A stretch of DNA of 64,000 bases from Octopus vulgaris. Its lineage: Eukaryota. The notes under the pieces were generated by a model. The model was not told the DNA's origin and did no database searches. It saw nothing but the letters and a program-made list of their open reading frames with translations. The stretch lies in contig OX597820.1 in the NCBI GenBank assembly GCA_951406725.2, positions 113,894,001 through 113,958,000 on the forward strand. Direction: 5' to 3'. Position numbers and translations under genes: made by a program. Of this stretch, positions 14,700-27,111 are shown piece after piece (position 1 is the stretch's first letter; the number at the start of each line of letters is the position of its first letter).

Positions 14700-14895
14700 C
14701 TCCCACTGAGTGGAACTAAGTTTCATATATGTCTGAATTATATACATTTTCTCTTCTAGCCCATACTCTTCTTTCTTAATATTAAATTTCCAGATCCATC
14801 GGATATACCAATATAGATATCGTAAGATATAGTATGGACTAAGGACTAACTGGATCCAAAGGACATTATAGATTTTGGGTTTACTAAACCCTCCT
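14700..14895 (-). CDS. DNAJC25: DNAJC25 homolog, exon 9 (second hydrophobic segment)
   Basis: ttttcAG|A+GGFSKPKIYNVLWIQLVLSPYYILRYLYWYIRWIWKFNIKKEEYGLEEKMYIIQTYMKLSSTQWE|GTAAGT; 196 nt, after a 114-nt intron. Confidence 0.96.
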
Positions 14896-15009
14896 CTGAA
14901 AAATGAAAAAAAAATGGATGTCAAAGAGAGTCGTTATTTCAGTGATGTTCATGGATGGCAAAAATGTATTGTTGCATGATTACAAATTTAAACAAACGAC
15001 TAAACTCAC

Positions 15010-15074
15010 CTGATATCCATTTTTTGTTCTATAACTTTTCTTATAATAGTTTCTTCTTCTTCTCGAATTTCTTC
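15010..15074 (-). CDS. DNAJC25: DNAJC25 homolog, exon 8
   Basis: cttccAG|EEIREEEETIIRKVIEQKMDI+AG|GTGAGT; 65 nt, phase 2 out. Confidence 0.94.
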
Positions 15075-15244
15075 CTGGAAGAAGAAATATATTAATGGAT
15101 GAAGGCATGTAGCAGCAGCAGCAGCAGTAAGAAGAAGCAAGAAAGAAAAGAAAGAAAGAAGAAAGAAAGAAGAAAGAAAAATGAAAAAAAGGAAGAAGAA
15201 GAGGCAGCTGCAAAGTGGCATGAACAAAAGTCGGGGGGGGAGGA

Positions 15245-15650
15245 GGCTATGATGGAGAAAAATAATTACAGGATTTTATGGGGTTTTCCCATAAGGATCG
15301 ATGATACTATTGAAGCAAGGAGACCAGATATGATTATAGAGAAGAAAATATAAAAAACCTACAAGATCCTAGAATTTGCAATGCCATATATGGAGGTGAA
15401 CACTAAAGAAATTGAGAAATATCAATACCTAATCAGAGAGGTGAAATTGAGGAAGATTAAGACAACAATTATTCCAGTGGTAATAGGTTCATTTGGCACA
15501 ATACCCAAACTGCTACCTAAGGGGTTGAAGAATATTGAAATTGAGACAGGCATTGGTGACCTGTAGGAAAGAGCAATCCTTTATTCTGCAAAAATATTAA
15601 GAAAGATTTTTGAGATTTGAGGAAACATGTTGTCACCAAACCTCAAAACA
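15245..15650 (+). mobile_element. R4/Dong-like non-LTR fragment (restriction-like endonuclease, 3' end)
   Basis: ILWGFPIRIDDTIEARRPDMII ... KEIEKYQYL ... IPVVIGSFGTIPK ... AILYSAKILRK are RLE-domain motifs (RPD, K..KY, PVVIG.LG). Confidence 0.75.
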
Positions 15651-15689
15651 ACATCCCTGCTCACTAATATAGCATGTAATAGTTATAAT

Positions 15690-16480
15690 GTTTCAAATTT
15701 TGGCAGCAGTTTTCCAGGGGACAGCATTAGTTGATAACATGAACCCAATACTGAATACTTGAGTGGTACTTCATTTCGTTGACCCCAAAAGAACAAATGA
15801 TAAAGCTGATCTCTGAAGATTTGAACTCAGCAACATTTCTTCTAACACACTAACAATTTCGCAAACCCATGCTTCTGATTTAGGTGCAAAGCCAGCAATT
15901 TTGAACGAAGGTGTTAATAGACCTCAATACTTGACTAGTACATTACTTTATCAACTCCAGGAGGGATGAAAGTTAAGGCTGATCTCAGCAGAATTTGAAC
16001 TCAGAACATGACAAGTAAGATGAAATGCTAAGCAAATTGTTTGACACCAATGATTTTGCCAGCTAAGCGCCATAACATTCCTTTCTACTATAGGCACAAA
16101 GCCTGAAATTTTGGAGGAGGCAAGTCAATTACATTGAGAGAGTTTATGAAAAAAACAAAAGACGAAGACAAGTGGTGTACAAAACAAACAGATGTATTAG
16201 TATAACGCTCAGGAATAGAAAAAGTCTTTTACGTTTCAAGCCTACACTCTTCTACAGAAAGGGACATAGAAAAAACAAGGAGAGAAAACAATGTGTGTAG
16301 TGGCTAACGACCTATCATGGCGACTGACTTCAGACAGGTGTTTAACTGGTACTTAATTTATCAACCTCTAAAAGAATGAAAAACAAAAATCAACCTCGGT
16401 GGAATTTGAACTCAGAATGTAAAGACAGACAAAATACCACTAAGCATTTTGTCCGGTGTGCTGATGATTCTGCTAGCTCA
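15690..16480 (-). mobile_element. Cluster of old Nin/Deu-like SINEs; the last is split by a hammerhead-carrying element (about 16136..16337)
   Basis: SINE halves at 16080-16135 and 16338-16480 join across the insert; the insert matches 60391..60577. Confidence 0.7.
16226..16261 (-). ncRNA. Hammerhead-like motif with CUGUAGA core
   Basis: cttt CTGTAGA a gagt gtag gctt GAAA cg TA aaag. Confidence 0.55.
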
Positions 16481-16804
16481 CCACCTGCCTAGGTGTCACA
16501 GTATTAATAATGAGATGATTGTATATGGTGCTCAGGTGCACTACAATTTGTTGGAAAAAAGTAAAAAGGTAGCAATGAATGCTAGAGTGCATGCATAGTA
16601 CACAAAATGCAAAAAGACAGGAAATAGTAAAATGTGCCATAAAGAGGCACGCCAGGAGCAGTGTCTGGAAATTTTGAAGGGTATCATTGACCCTATGACA
16701 TAAGGCTAGCATTAATAATTTTATCTAAAAATACAACAGATTAAGAAGACATAAATTCTCACCAGACATGGATTTGTCATAAAGGACAAAAAATTTGATG
16801 ACGG

Positions 16805-17288
16805 GCACGAGCACCTAACTGGCTTCCGTGCCAGTGGCACGTAAAAGGCACCATTCGAGTGTGATTGTTACCAGCTTCACCTTACTGGCACTTGTGCCCC
16901 GTGCTAGTAGGGTGGTAAGGGCACCATCTGAGCGTGATTGTTGCCAGAGCGGCTAACTGGCTTCCATGCTGGTGGCATGTAGGAGGCACCATTTGAGTGG
17001 GATCGTTACCACCATTGCCTTACTGGCACCTGTGCCGTTGGTATGTGTAAAAAAAAAAAAAGATTTGAGCGAGGTTGTTGCCAGTACCGCCTGACTGGCC
17101 CCCATGCCGGTGGCACGTAAAAGCACCCACTACACTCTCGGAGTGGTTGGCGTTAGGAAGGGCATCCAGCTGTAGAAACTCTGCCAGATCAAGACTGGAG
17201 CCTGGTGCAGCCATCTGGTTCGCCAGCCCACAGTCAAACCGTCCAACCCATGCCAGCATGGAAAGCAGACGTTAAACGATGATGATGA
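16805..17288 (+). mobile_element. RTE-tail element
   Basis: Tail units, ggttggcgttaggaagggcatcc and (GAT)n. A closely related copy lies at 17880..18127 and another tail at 18422..18613. Confidence 0.8.
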
Positions 17289-17468
17289 CTTCATAAACAC
17301 AGAGAAGATTAATAGAGACTTCTGATTGTATGGATTAACAGTGAAGAGCTTTCACTGGATTAGTAAGTAATGCAGAGTTGATAACAGAAAAATTAGCCCA
17401 ATTCCCAAAAGATGTATTTTTCCAATTAATAAAAAGATGGAGGGAAAAAATTCTTTTAATCTTCTCAC

Positions 17469-17606
17469 CTTTTTCCTTCTATCTTTTTTTCTATTTGTAT
17501 TAAGTAAGCCTTCAGTTTTGGCGATTTCTGTGGCCTGTATCCGGTATTTGGGTTCTTTTGATAACTGTACAATGGCTGTGTTATAGTTGTTCCATGCATT
17601 TAAATA
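17469..17606 (-). CDS. DNAJC25: DNAJC25 homolog, exon 7
   Basis: ttttcAG|YLNAWNNYNTAIVQLSKEPKYRIQATEIAKTEGLLNTNRKKDRRKK|GTGAGA; PKYRIQATEIAK motif; 138 nt, phase 0-0. Confidence 0.96.
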
Positions 17607-19260
17607 CTGAAAATAGAAATAGTGCATTAAAGTTAAAGACTTAAGTGGTTAACTGGCAGACGTAAAGAATGTAGATTATCTCGGTTTTTTTTTTATTTGT
17701 TACATAATTTGCAAAAAAAAATTCTGAAAAAATTGAAAATTGAAAAATTTAGGTGAGAATTAAAATTTTAAAATGCTGGTTTTTTTTTGGTTTTTTTGGG
17801 GTTTGTTTTTGGCAGAATCAGTATCTCTGTACTCAAAAATGGGGGAATCTGTATAAAAAAAAATTTTTTTTTTAAACCCAGTGGCATGTAGGAGGCACCA
17901 TTTGAGTGGGATTGTTACTAGCATCGCCTTACTGGCACCTGTGCCGTTGGTATGTGTAAAAAAAAAAAAAAAAGATTCGAGTGAGGTCGTTGCCAGTACT
18001 GCCTGACTGGCCCCCATGCTGGTGGCACGTAAATGCACCCACTACATTCTCAGAGTGGTTGGCGTTAGGAAGGGTATCCAGCTGTAGAAACTCTGCCAGA
18101 TCAAGACTGGAGCCTGGTGCAGCCATCCACATTCTTTATGTCCGCCAGTTAACTGATGACTGATCAGCTAACAGTGACCAGTTAGTAAATGGACAATAGA
18201 GGTGATCAGGTGGTGAATGAACAGAAAAAAGTGGACATCTTAGGTTAAAAGCCCTGTCTTTTTCCTTAATGGTATGGCAACTTCGAAGAATTCTTGATTC
18301 TTAAGATTATCTTCACTTCTTATATGGAACTGGTTTTAATTGCCATTTAGTTTTAGTAACACATCTTGTAGTGATGGAGATAATTTTGATTAAATCAAGA
18401 ATGTTTACTATATTTGCTTATGTGCCGGTGACATGTAAAAGCAGCCACTACACTCTCAGAGTGGTTGGCATTAGGAAGGGCATCCAGCTGTAGAAACTCT
18501 GCCAGACCAGATTGGAGCCTGGTGCAGCCATCTATCTCGCCAGTCCTCAGTCAAACCGTCCAACCCATGCCAGCATGGAAAGCAGACTTTAAACGATGAT
18601 GATGATGATGATGAAGCTGCTGCTACTGGCAACTTTGAGTTATTTCTCTCAGTTCATTTTCGGTTTTAATTTATGTAAATTACCAAGGCCATAAATGTAT
18701 TCTACTCTTTTTGTATACATCCATGTCACTTGAATGCTGGAAACAGGGTAGGACAATTCTCATGCTAATGATACCTATTGAGGCAGAAACACATGCCCAT
18801 AACTGTCGTTTTATCTCTCAACAGTTCTGTCCTTTTCCTTAACAGCATGTCAACTTTGAAGAATTTTTGATTCTTTAGATTATCTCCCTATCTCATAAGG
18901 TGCTGCTCTCAATTACCATTTGGTAACTGTGACAGATGGAGATAATTTTAATAATTATATTTGATATACCTGTATATTTGATATACCTGTATTTGTCTAT
19001 GCTGCTCATATACATTCCATTGGCAGTTCATTTTTGTTTAATGAATGGAGACCAAGTCCAGGAAGCCTAATGTTTGAACAGTTTCAGTCATGTTAATAAG
19101 ACAAGAATTCATAACTACCTCGAACCCACAAGAGTAAAAAGAAGAGAGACAGAGACAGGCAAAAACAAGGAAAATGCCCCTCATATTTGAATACTATGGA
19201 AATATATTTTTTTTTAAGCTTTTCATTTAATTTTTCCAAAATTTAATTGTTTTCCATATT

Positions 19261-19300
19261 TAAAGTTGAAAAAGTCTCAATGATTGAAACTGGTACTAAA
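19261..19300 (+). ncRNA. Degenerate hammerhead-like motif with U3-A8 core
   Basis: taaag TTGAAAA agtc tcaat gatt GAAA ctgg TA ctaaa. Confidence 0.4.
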
Positions 19301-20599
19301 ATGTTTTTCATGATAAAATTATTTTAGCATTTTCTACCTTGGCTTATTTTTGCTTATATACACATAAAATAAGAGATTATGAAGTCTAGTATTTATAGCA
19401 AAATTGTGAGGTTTTTTTCTATCTGTTGCTCAGATGTAGGGAAGATGTTAGTGCAAGATTATTTTAATAGTACTTTTCTATTGCTAAAGGACACTAAGTT
19501 ACCAAGTTCTTATTGATGGATGTTTTCAAGGTTTCTATAGAAATATTGAAAGTCTGACATGAGGCATCAAGACAGAGGGTGGATAAAGCCTAAACACAAG
19601 ATGCTGGAGGGAACTACGGAAGTGCTTTAATATTCCACAACATTGATATATTTCTATACAGTATTAAAAGCTGTGATGATAAAACAGATGGCAGTGGTAC
19701 TTCTATAATATAACACAGTGATATCACTGTGGTGAACTAAAGGGTGGCTGTGATAGTCAGAACCTTTCACTTGCAATGCCTTCTTATTTTTGCATAAAAT
19801 AACAGCAATTAGATCCAATAAGGATTTGCCAAATGCAAGGATTATCAAACTCTTTCTTCCAGTGTAACCGTTCATGTCCAGCAGTGGTAGCATACTCTGT
19901 GTGAAGAATATAGTGTAAAATGGTTGAATGTCACAGAACAGACAATAGACACATATTATTTGTCATTAATTCAATTTAATTTAAAGAGTTCAAATTCCAG
20001 TGTAATCAATTTTACCTTTTATGCTTCAAGGATTAGTGAAAGAAAGTACTAAGGTTGATATAATTGACTCTTCCCCTCCTCTAAAATTTCTGGCCTTGTG
20101 CATATGTAAGTAATTTCATTTAAATATTAAATTTTTATTGAGATGGATTAATTTTGCTATTTCTAACGAGTAACTTGGTTCTAGATACAGTTTCAGAGAG
20201 GTACATTTTCATATCATTCTTTATTAACAATCTTGCATAAATTTTGTCTTTTGGTTAAATATTGGTGAAATCTCTTGTTTTTTACAAGTAATACCGAAAC
20301 AGGTCTGGCTTTCTGTCGCTTATAACGACAAGGGTTCCAGTTGATATGAGCAAACAAACATCCTGCTCATCCTGAAATTAATGTGCAACTGGCTACAGGC
20401 ACATGTACCCTTACTGTAATCCTTACAGAGACACAGTGTGACAAGTCTGACCTTTTCAATTACTGGTACAACTCGTTTTTGCAAGCTGAGTGAACTGCAG
20501 CTTTTCTCAAGGACACAACATGCCACCGGGAATCTAACCTTATGATCATGAGCCAAATGCCCTAACCCCCAAGTCACATACCTTCATATATAGGAATAG

Positions 20600-20829
20600 A
20601 GGCGGCGAGCTGGCAGAAACGGTAGCATGCCGGGCAAAATGCGTAGGCGTATTTCGTCTGCCGTTACGTTCCGAGTTCAAATTCCGCCGAGGTCGACTTT
20701 GCCTTTCATCCCTTCGGGGTCTATAAATTAAGTACCAGTTACGTACTGGGGTCGATGTAATCGACTTAATACGTTTGTCTGTCCTTGTTTGTCCCCTCTG
20801 TGTTTAGCCCCTTATGGGTAGTAAAGAAA
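20600..20829 (+). mobile_element. tRNA-derived SINE with Nin/Deu-like core, full length
   Basis: A-box-like agctggcagaaacg, B-box gagttcaaattcc, core gcctttcatcc.ttcggggtc.ataaattaagtacc; 15-bp TSD catatataggaatag (20585-20599 / 20830-20844). Confidence 0.88.
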
Positions 20830-21542
20830 CATATATAGGAATAGCAAAAGGGTTCCCCACATATTTTCTAGACACATGAGTTGCACTTAGTTAGTCATGC
20901 TTCATTCATAATTCTAGTGTTTTTACAAACCTCACATACACCAATATTTTCTCTTGTATACTCCAGTTTGAGAAGCTGTGTTCCTTAATGTTTAAAGAAA
21001 AAATTCCCGAGAGGCTCTACAGGTTTTACTTACTAAGAAATGTAGTGAATGCAGAGGCATAGATTTTTTGTAATACAATAACTGCTAATGATAAATAAGT
21101 TGAAATATCGGTTAACAATGATATTTCTATAAAATACCGTGATATTTTGTAACTCTGGTGAAACTATCATCAGCTAGAGATAAACCATGCCTCTGTTTAG
21201 CTAAAATCCAAACTTTGCACTCAAATATACAGTGGATTATCATACAGTGTAGAGTGTGACATCAAAGATATGTTGTACTTTCTCTGTTGTCCAATATAAT
21301 TGTGTAACTATTGTTGTTTAGTTCTCCTAACATTATGTATCTAGGACTACATTAACCAATATGCCCTTCGCAATTTATGATAGTAGGATGTGTTTTGAAA
21401 CAATTTTGCTACTATTTCTAGCAGCACAGAGCTCTTTTGTTGACTTAAGGATCAATGAGATGCAAATGTATATGTAAGTGTATAATGAATATAAAGAAAT
21501 TCTTTCATGTGCCTAAATAATGATGATGATCATCATCGTTTA

Positions 21543-21830
<288 letters not shown>

Positions 21831-22029
21831 TCAGTTCAAGGATTAACTAATACATTTAAATTATACAAGAAGAATTATGTCACAGGAAATGAAATATCCG
21901 ATAGCAAAAGGAAATAAGATAGAGCAGAGATCACTACTGGTCAGCTGTGACCATCCAATCTTTTATTCAGATATAGCTTATTCTAGGACATTATCCAATT
22001 TATCCGTTTTTGCCATTGTTTGACTCGTT

Positions 22030-22436
22030 AGGAGTGGCTGTATGGTAAGTAGCTTGCTAACCAACCACATGGTTCCGGGTTCAGTCCCACTGCGTGGCAT
22101 CTTGGGCAAGTGTCTTCTACTATAGCCCCGGGCCGACCAATGCCTTGTGAGTGGATTTGGTAGACGGAAACTGAAAGAAGCCTGTCGTATATATGTATAT
22201 ATATATATATATGTGTGTGTATGTGTTTGTGTGTCTGTGTTTGTCCCCCTAGCATTGCTTGACAACCGATGCTGGTGTGTTTACGTCCCCGTCACTTAGC
22301 GGTTCAGCAAAAGAGACCGATAGAATAAGTACTGGGCTTACAAAGAATAAGTCCCGGGGTCGATTTGCTCGACTAAAGGCAGTGCTCCAGCATGGCCGCG
22401 GTCAAATGACTGAAACAAGTAAAAGAGTAAGAGTAA
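22030..22436 (+). mobile_element. tRNA-derived SINE with CORE-like segment (octopus OR2-like)
   Basis: A-box-like tggctgtatgg, B-box ggttcagtccc, cttgggcaagtg CORE-like motif, internal TA/TG tract, aaaagagt tail. Confidence 0.85.
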
Positions 22437-22603
22437 TATCCAGTCAAATTGACCAGATCTGGCACTTTTCACTTACCCAACAATATTATTCTAAAAATAA
22501 ACACTCACATCATTGAAATTTCAAAGCCATGAGATAATGCATGATTAATTGAAACTGATGTGAATAAATAAGCATTACACTGGACAGAGAAGTCTGAATA
22601 CTA

Positions 22604-24140
22604 AACTCCCTTTTCTCTGTACTCTACTGCTACTCTCACTCATGCTTTTGCTATGGACATCTCTCCTGAGATATATGTTAGGTACACTCAGCTGTTCTTG
22701 CTCTCTGGATGATGAAATAGCTTTTAGGTTGCAGAAAGTAACTGATTCCTTCAGGTCTCTTGAGTCTTGTGTCTAGTCACAACATGACATCACAAGGTGA
22801 ACAAAAATTGCTGTGTACCATGCATGTGTACTGACATTGCTCCTTTACTCATGTGAGACATGGACCCTTTACAAACGTCATATAAAAGTCCTTGAACACT
22901 TCCATCAGAGTTGTCTGAGACACATTCTGAATGATGATGATGGCTATCCACTCATGACTGAGGAAAACCATTACTGACCTTTAGGAACATTGTGCACTCA
23001 AGACTACCTTATCCTTTACACTTGTGGCTCCACTGGTTACTAACGAGCCCTGCTCTTGACAAACGTACACGACTGCAAACATTGCAGACCAATACTCAGG
23101 ATATTGGCTTTCTTCAAGACCAGTGTATCTGGAGTTTTTAAGGTCCAAACAACATTCAGAATGTGTCTCAGACAACTCTGATGGAAGTGTTCAAGGACTT
23201 TTGTAAAGGGTCCATGTCTCACATGAGTAAAGGAACAATGTCAGTACACAGCAATTTTTGTTCACCATGTGATGTCATGTTGGGACTGACACAACACTCA
23301 AGAGACCTGATGGAATCAGTTACTTTCTGCAACCTAAAAGATATTTCATCATCCAGAGAGCAAGAACAGCTGAGTGTACCTAACATATATCTCAGGAGAG
23401 CTGTCCATAGCAAAAGCATGAGTGAGAGTACAGAGAAAAGAGAGTTGGAGCAAGGATGTCACCTTGCTTGACACTATTCTCAACAGAAACGAGTCCTGCC
23501 ATGCCACCACCAACATTGACCCAAGCCTCAATCTCATCATGAAATAATTTAATTGATACAAAGTGATCTGGACATCCAAGCTTGCCAAGTATTTTCTATA
23601 GGAAGGCCCTATTCACAGTATCAAAGGCTTTAGTTAAATCAATGAATACCTGGACAAGATTTATATTCTGCTCATAGCACTTCTCTGTATCTGTCTCACT
23701 GTGAAAATCATATCCATCATTCCTCTTCCAGATCAGAAAGCACATTGAGATTCAAATAGGACATCATTTACAAGACACCTATTCAGGCCGGTAAGAAGAA
23801 TACTTGCCAGGACATTGTCAGCAGCTGATAGTAGGGTAATACCTCTGTAGTTTCCACACTCTACTCTGGCTTCCTTTCCTTTATAGAGAGGAAAAATAAT
23901 TGCATCTTTCCAGTCCTTAGGCATTGCACCATCCCTCCAGATTACACTAATAAGTTCAAGAAGGAACTATGTGATGTGATCACCACCAAATCGCAGGACC
24001 TCAGCACAAATACTATCCTCACCAAGATTCAATTTACTTATTGCTGTTGTTACCTCATCTATTGAGGGTGTGGAATTTAAGGAGTTAATGACAATTCTTT
24101 GTTACATAGTGTCAATCACTGCTTTCTCCACAACTGACTC
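22604..24140 (-). mobile_element. Degenerate RTE (BovB-like) fragments with a local inverted duplication
   Basis: Minus strand PKDWKDAIIFPLYKGK..CGNYRGITLLS..ESQCAF and LEHFHQSCLRHIL; 22604..22933 is an inverted copy of 23153..23446. Confidence 0.8.
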
Positions 24141-24245
24141 AGTTGTGGACAAAGCAGTGTAGGCAAGACATCACTAAGATGAAGTCAAATGGCCATTCAC
24201 ACTTCCATCTTATACAAGTATAACAATGATAGCATATGTATCAAA

Positions 24246-24634
24246 TCTTTATATATAAAAGTGAGGTTGTGTGTCTGTCTCCTACGATTTAGATTCCTAA
24301 CTACTCCCACATTTTGTGGTGCAGTTTAACCAAAACCGGGTATCTTATAGTCGTGATTCATATCGAGCCCTTCTGGGTATTAGCGCGCGTCTACGATGAG
24401 TCTACGATTTAAAAAAAAATTACCGTAATTTTTTTCCATTTTAATGCATTTTTTCGCTATTATATAAGAGAATTAACTCTCTAAAAATGTCTACAATGAG
24501 TCAACGATTTAAAAAAAAATTTACCATCATTTTTTTTTTCCATTTTTAATGCATTTTTTTGGCTATAACTCTCTAAAAATGCTTATATAGTTATTTCCCT
24601 TACAAACCCGAGCAACGCCGGGCGATACTGCTAG
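24246..24634 (+). mobile_element. Non-autonomous Helitron-like element
   Basis: 5' TC, subterminal hairpin cccgagcaacgccggg, 3' CTAG, inserted at A|T with no TSD; second copy at 30384. Confidence 0.75.
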
Positions 24635-24726
24635 TAAATAATAAATATATTTACATAAAGAAGTACATTTTATAAAGGACACACACACAGACATTTTGCC
24701 GTTATATATATATATATATACATTAC

Positions 24727-24781
24727 CTGGATGATCAAGCATGTAATTGTAGTCATTTCTTTGTTCGTCATCTTTTAAAAT
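24727..24781 (-). CDS. DNAJC25: DNAJC25 homolog, exon 5
   Basis: tgtttAG|ILKDDEQRNDYNYMLDHP+G|GTAATG; end of J-domain, matching the family motif LKD...R.DY.YMLDHP; 55 nt. Confidence 0.95.
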
Positions 24782-25797
24782 CTAAACAGAAAACAAAATA
24801 TGCGTGGATATGTATACAAATATATAAATGTATGTATGCATGCATGTGTGTACATATGTGTGTTTATATGTTTAAGAACAGGAATGAATACAAGCCTGTA
24901 ACACGTGCCTAATATCTTCCACTTTTGTAAATGCGTAATAGTATATACAAGATAGGCCAAAGAATCACACACCAAGACTAAAACTCAATTTAATATATAT
25001 ATTGCATACATATGTATATTTTGCTAAAATTGAATAAAATAACTAAAATAATGGTGAATGCACATGATGAATAAGATAAATAATAATAATATATAAATAA
25101 AATGTCAGATGTTTTCGTGTGTGTCTTTTGGCCCACCCTGTATGTATGTGTATATACAGTGGTTAGATATGAACTTGATCCATTTCAGGACCCTGTTCAG
25201 TAACTAAACTGTTTGTTACAGGAGTAATTGAAATACATATAAATAGGTGTAAATCCATTCCTAGCCACACTCAAACTCCACATAAAGGCACAAAATTATT
25301 GTTTTATTTGTCCATCCGTCAAAAGCAAAGCAAATACATAAATATGTGTGTGTGTGTGTGTGCACACGTGTGTATGCATGCGTTTAACTCTTTGTCTTGC
25401 TTCTGTTAATCTATGGTTATGGTTTTAGCAAAAAACTATGAGAAATATTATTTTCTCAATAAAATACTAAAATTCACAAGGTACATGCAATACATATATA
25501 AAACAAGCCATTTATACATGCTCTCCCAGCCACTTATAAAGATGCATACTCTGTGGTTTGTTCACATTTCAGCTCTCTAAACAGCGAATGACCTCCCTGG
25601 GTCACTTATGTGTTGATCAAATTTCAGTTCATTATGTAAGTTTTAATATTCTTCAGAAAAATCAATCATCATTCAATGTGTTTGTTTAGAGAACCATTCA
25701 TATATGAGTACTCCGTTGTGTGTGCATAGCATATGTATGTGTGCATGAGTGCATGTGTGTGTGTGTGTGTATGTATATATATATGTATATTTATATA

Positions 25798-26123
25798 TAC
25801 TAGCACTATGACCAGGCAACGCCAGGTCATACTGCTAGTGCATGCATATACAGCTGGATACATGCACACATACAGCTAGCTGGCATTCAATTGGTGTATC
25901 AAGTTTCGGGCATTTTGATTGGGTTTTGAATAGAAAATTCACAAAAAAGTCACTTCTATTGATTTTTTAATGGCTTTGCAGGGTGACTGGGGAAATGTAA
26001 AGATGTGCACGACCACCCTTGGACGGTTTTGAGACCATAGAAGGTGCAAGCCCTCTAACTGAAAAATTGTGGATTTGTATAAAGGACACACACACAGACA
26101 TTTTACCGTTTATATATATATAG
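25798..26123 (-). mobile_element. Non-autonomous Helitron-like element (second family)
   Basis: 5' tctatatatatataaacgg, terminal palindrome actagca.tatgacc...ggtcata.tgctagt; plus-strand copy at about 53378..53731. Confidence 0.65.
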
Positions 26124-26217
26124 ACACACACACATACACGCTTCTGATCACTTCAGCCATGTAATCACATAAGTGCTTTTCTCAGACAATTTTTTTTTGT
26201 TCTCTCTGGACCTTTCC

Positions 26218-26253
26218 ACTTTCTGATGAAGAGCCATGCTCAAAACATTACAC
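26218..26253 (+). ncRNA. Decayed hammerhead motif (same family as 12103 and 60206)
   Basis: CTGATGA a gagc cat gctc AAAAcatt; GAAA core lost, consistent with CpG decay. Confidence 0.4.
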
Positions 26254-26444
26254 CCCACTCTTTTTTTCTAACTGTAGCTTTTGATTGATGCTTTTCTGCT
26301 GTCCAGACATGCAAGCCAATATTCCCACTGAACAGAAAGCCAATCCCTCAGAGTATCACCCATTTACATTCCTTTTTACTATTGTTGGTTTGGGTTGTAT
26401 TTTTGTTTTGGTCTTTGATTTCTCTCTCTCTCTCTCATATATAC

Positions 26445-26795
26445 CATTATCATCATTATTTAACGTCCGTTTTCCATGCTAGTATGGGTTGGACAGTTCA
26501 ACCGGGGTCTGGTAAGCCATGGAGGCTGCACCAGGCTCCAGTCTAATCTGGCAGTGTTTCTACAGCTGGATGCCCTTCCTAACACCAACCACTCTGTGAG
26601 TGGAGTGGGTGTTTTTTACGTGCCACTGGCACAGGGGCCAGAGGAGACTGGCAAACAGCCACGATCGGTTGGTGCTTTTACATGTCACCGACACGGACGC
26701 CAGTCAGGCGGCGCTGGCATCTGCCACGTTCGGACGGTGCTTTTTACATGTCACTGGCACGGGTGTCTTGACTACAATTTCCATTTGAATTTTTA
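26445..26795 (-). mobile_element. RTE-tail element
   Basis: Reverse complement of the RTE tail with (CAT)n at the left end. Confidence 0.8.
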
Positions 26796-26920
26796 TTTTG
26801 ATATATATATATACACACACACACACACGTGTATATACCAAAATACACACACAGATCATAGACATGCATACACATACCCTGCCTTGCTTCACAGATACCA
26901 AATAATGGGTATTAACTTAC

Positions 26921-26974
26921 CTCATAAGCACTGGCTATCTTCTGGAACATCACAGTAGCTGTGGCTTTTTCTTC
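26921..26974 (-). CDS. DNAJC25: DNAJC25 homolog, exon 4
   Basis: attcAG|EEKATATVMFQKIASAYE|GTAAGT; J-domain helix III (F..I..AYE); 54 nt, phase 0-0. Confidence 0.93.
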
Positions 26975-27111
26975 CTGAATATTCATAAGAAAAAGAAAAG
27001 AAACAGAAACAAATCAATGAAAAGCATGTATAATCATCATCACAAACACTGTGTCATACAAATGTATGTATAGGAACAGAAATATTACTATTTACTATTT
27101 TATTTTTTTTA

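Noticed and set aside
15099-15227. Poly-K/E/R ORF segment (similar one at 30060-30200)
   Set aside because: Purine-rich low-complexity intron sequence with no splice or homology support.
20600-20690. tRNA-like A/B boxes (also in all CORE-like copies)
   Set aside because: These are SINE heads followed by core and tail, some with TSDs; no complete cloverleaf was evident.
25610-25662. Minus-strand CTGAAGA...GAAA resembling a hammerhead core
   Set aside because: Stems I-III cannot be formed convincingly. The same holds for chance cores near 7879, 35720 and 50938.
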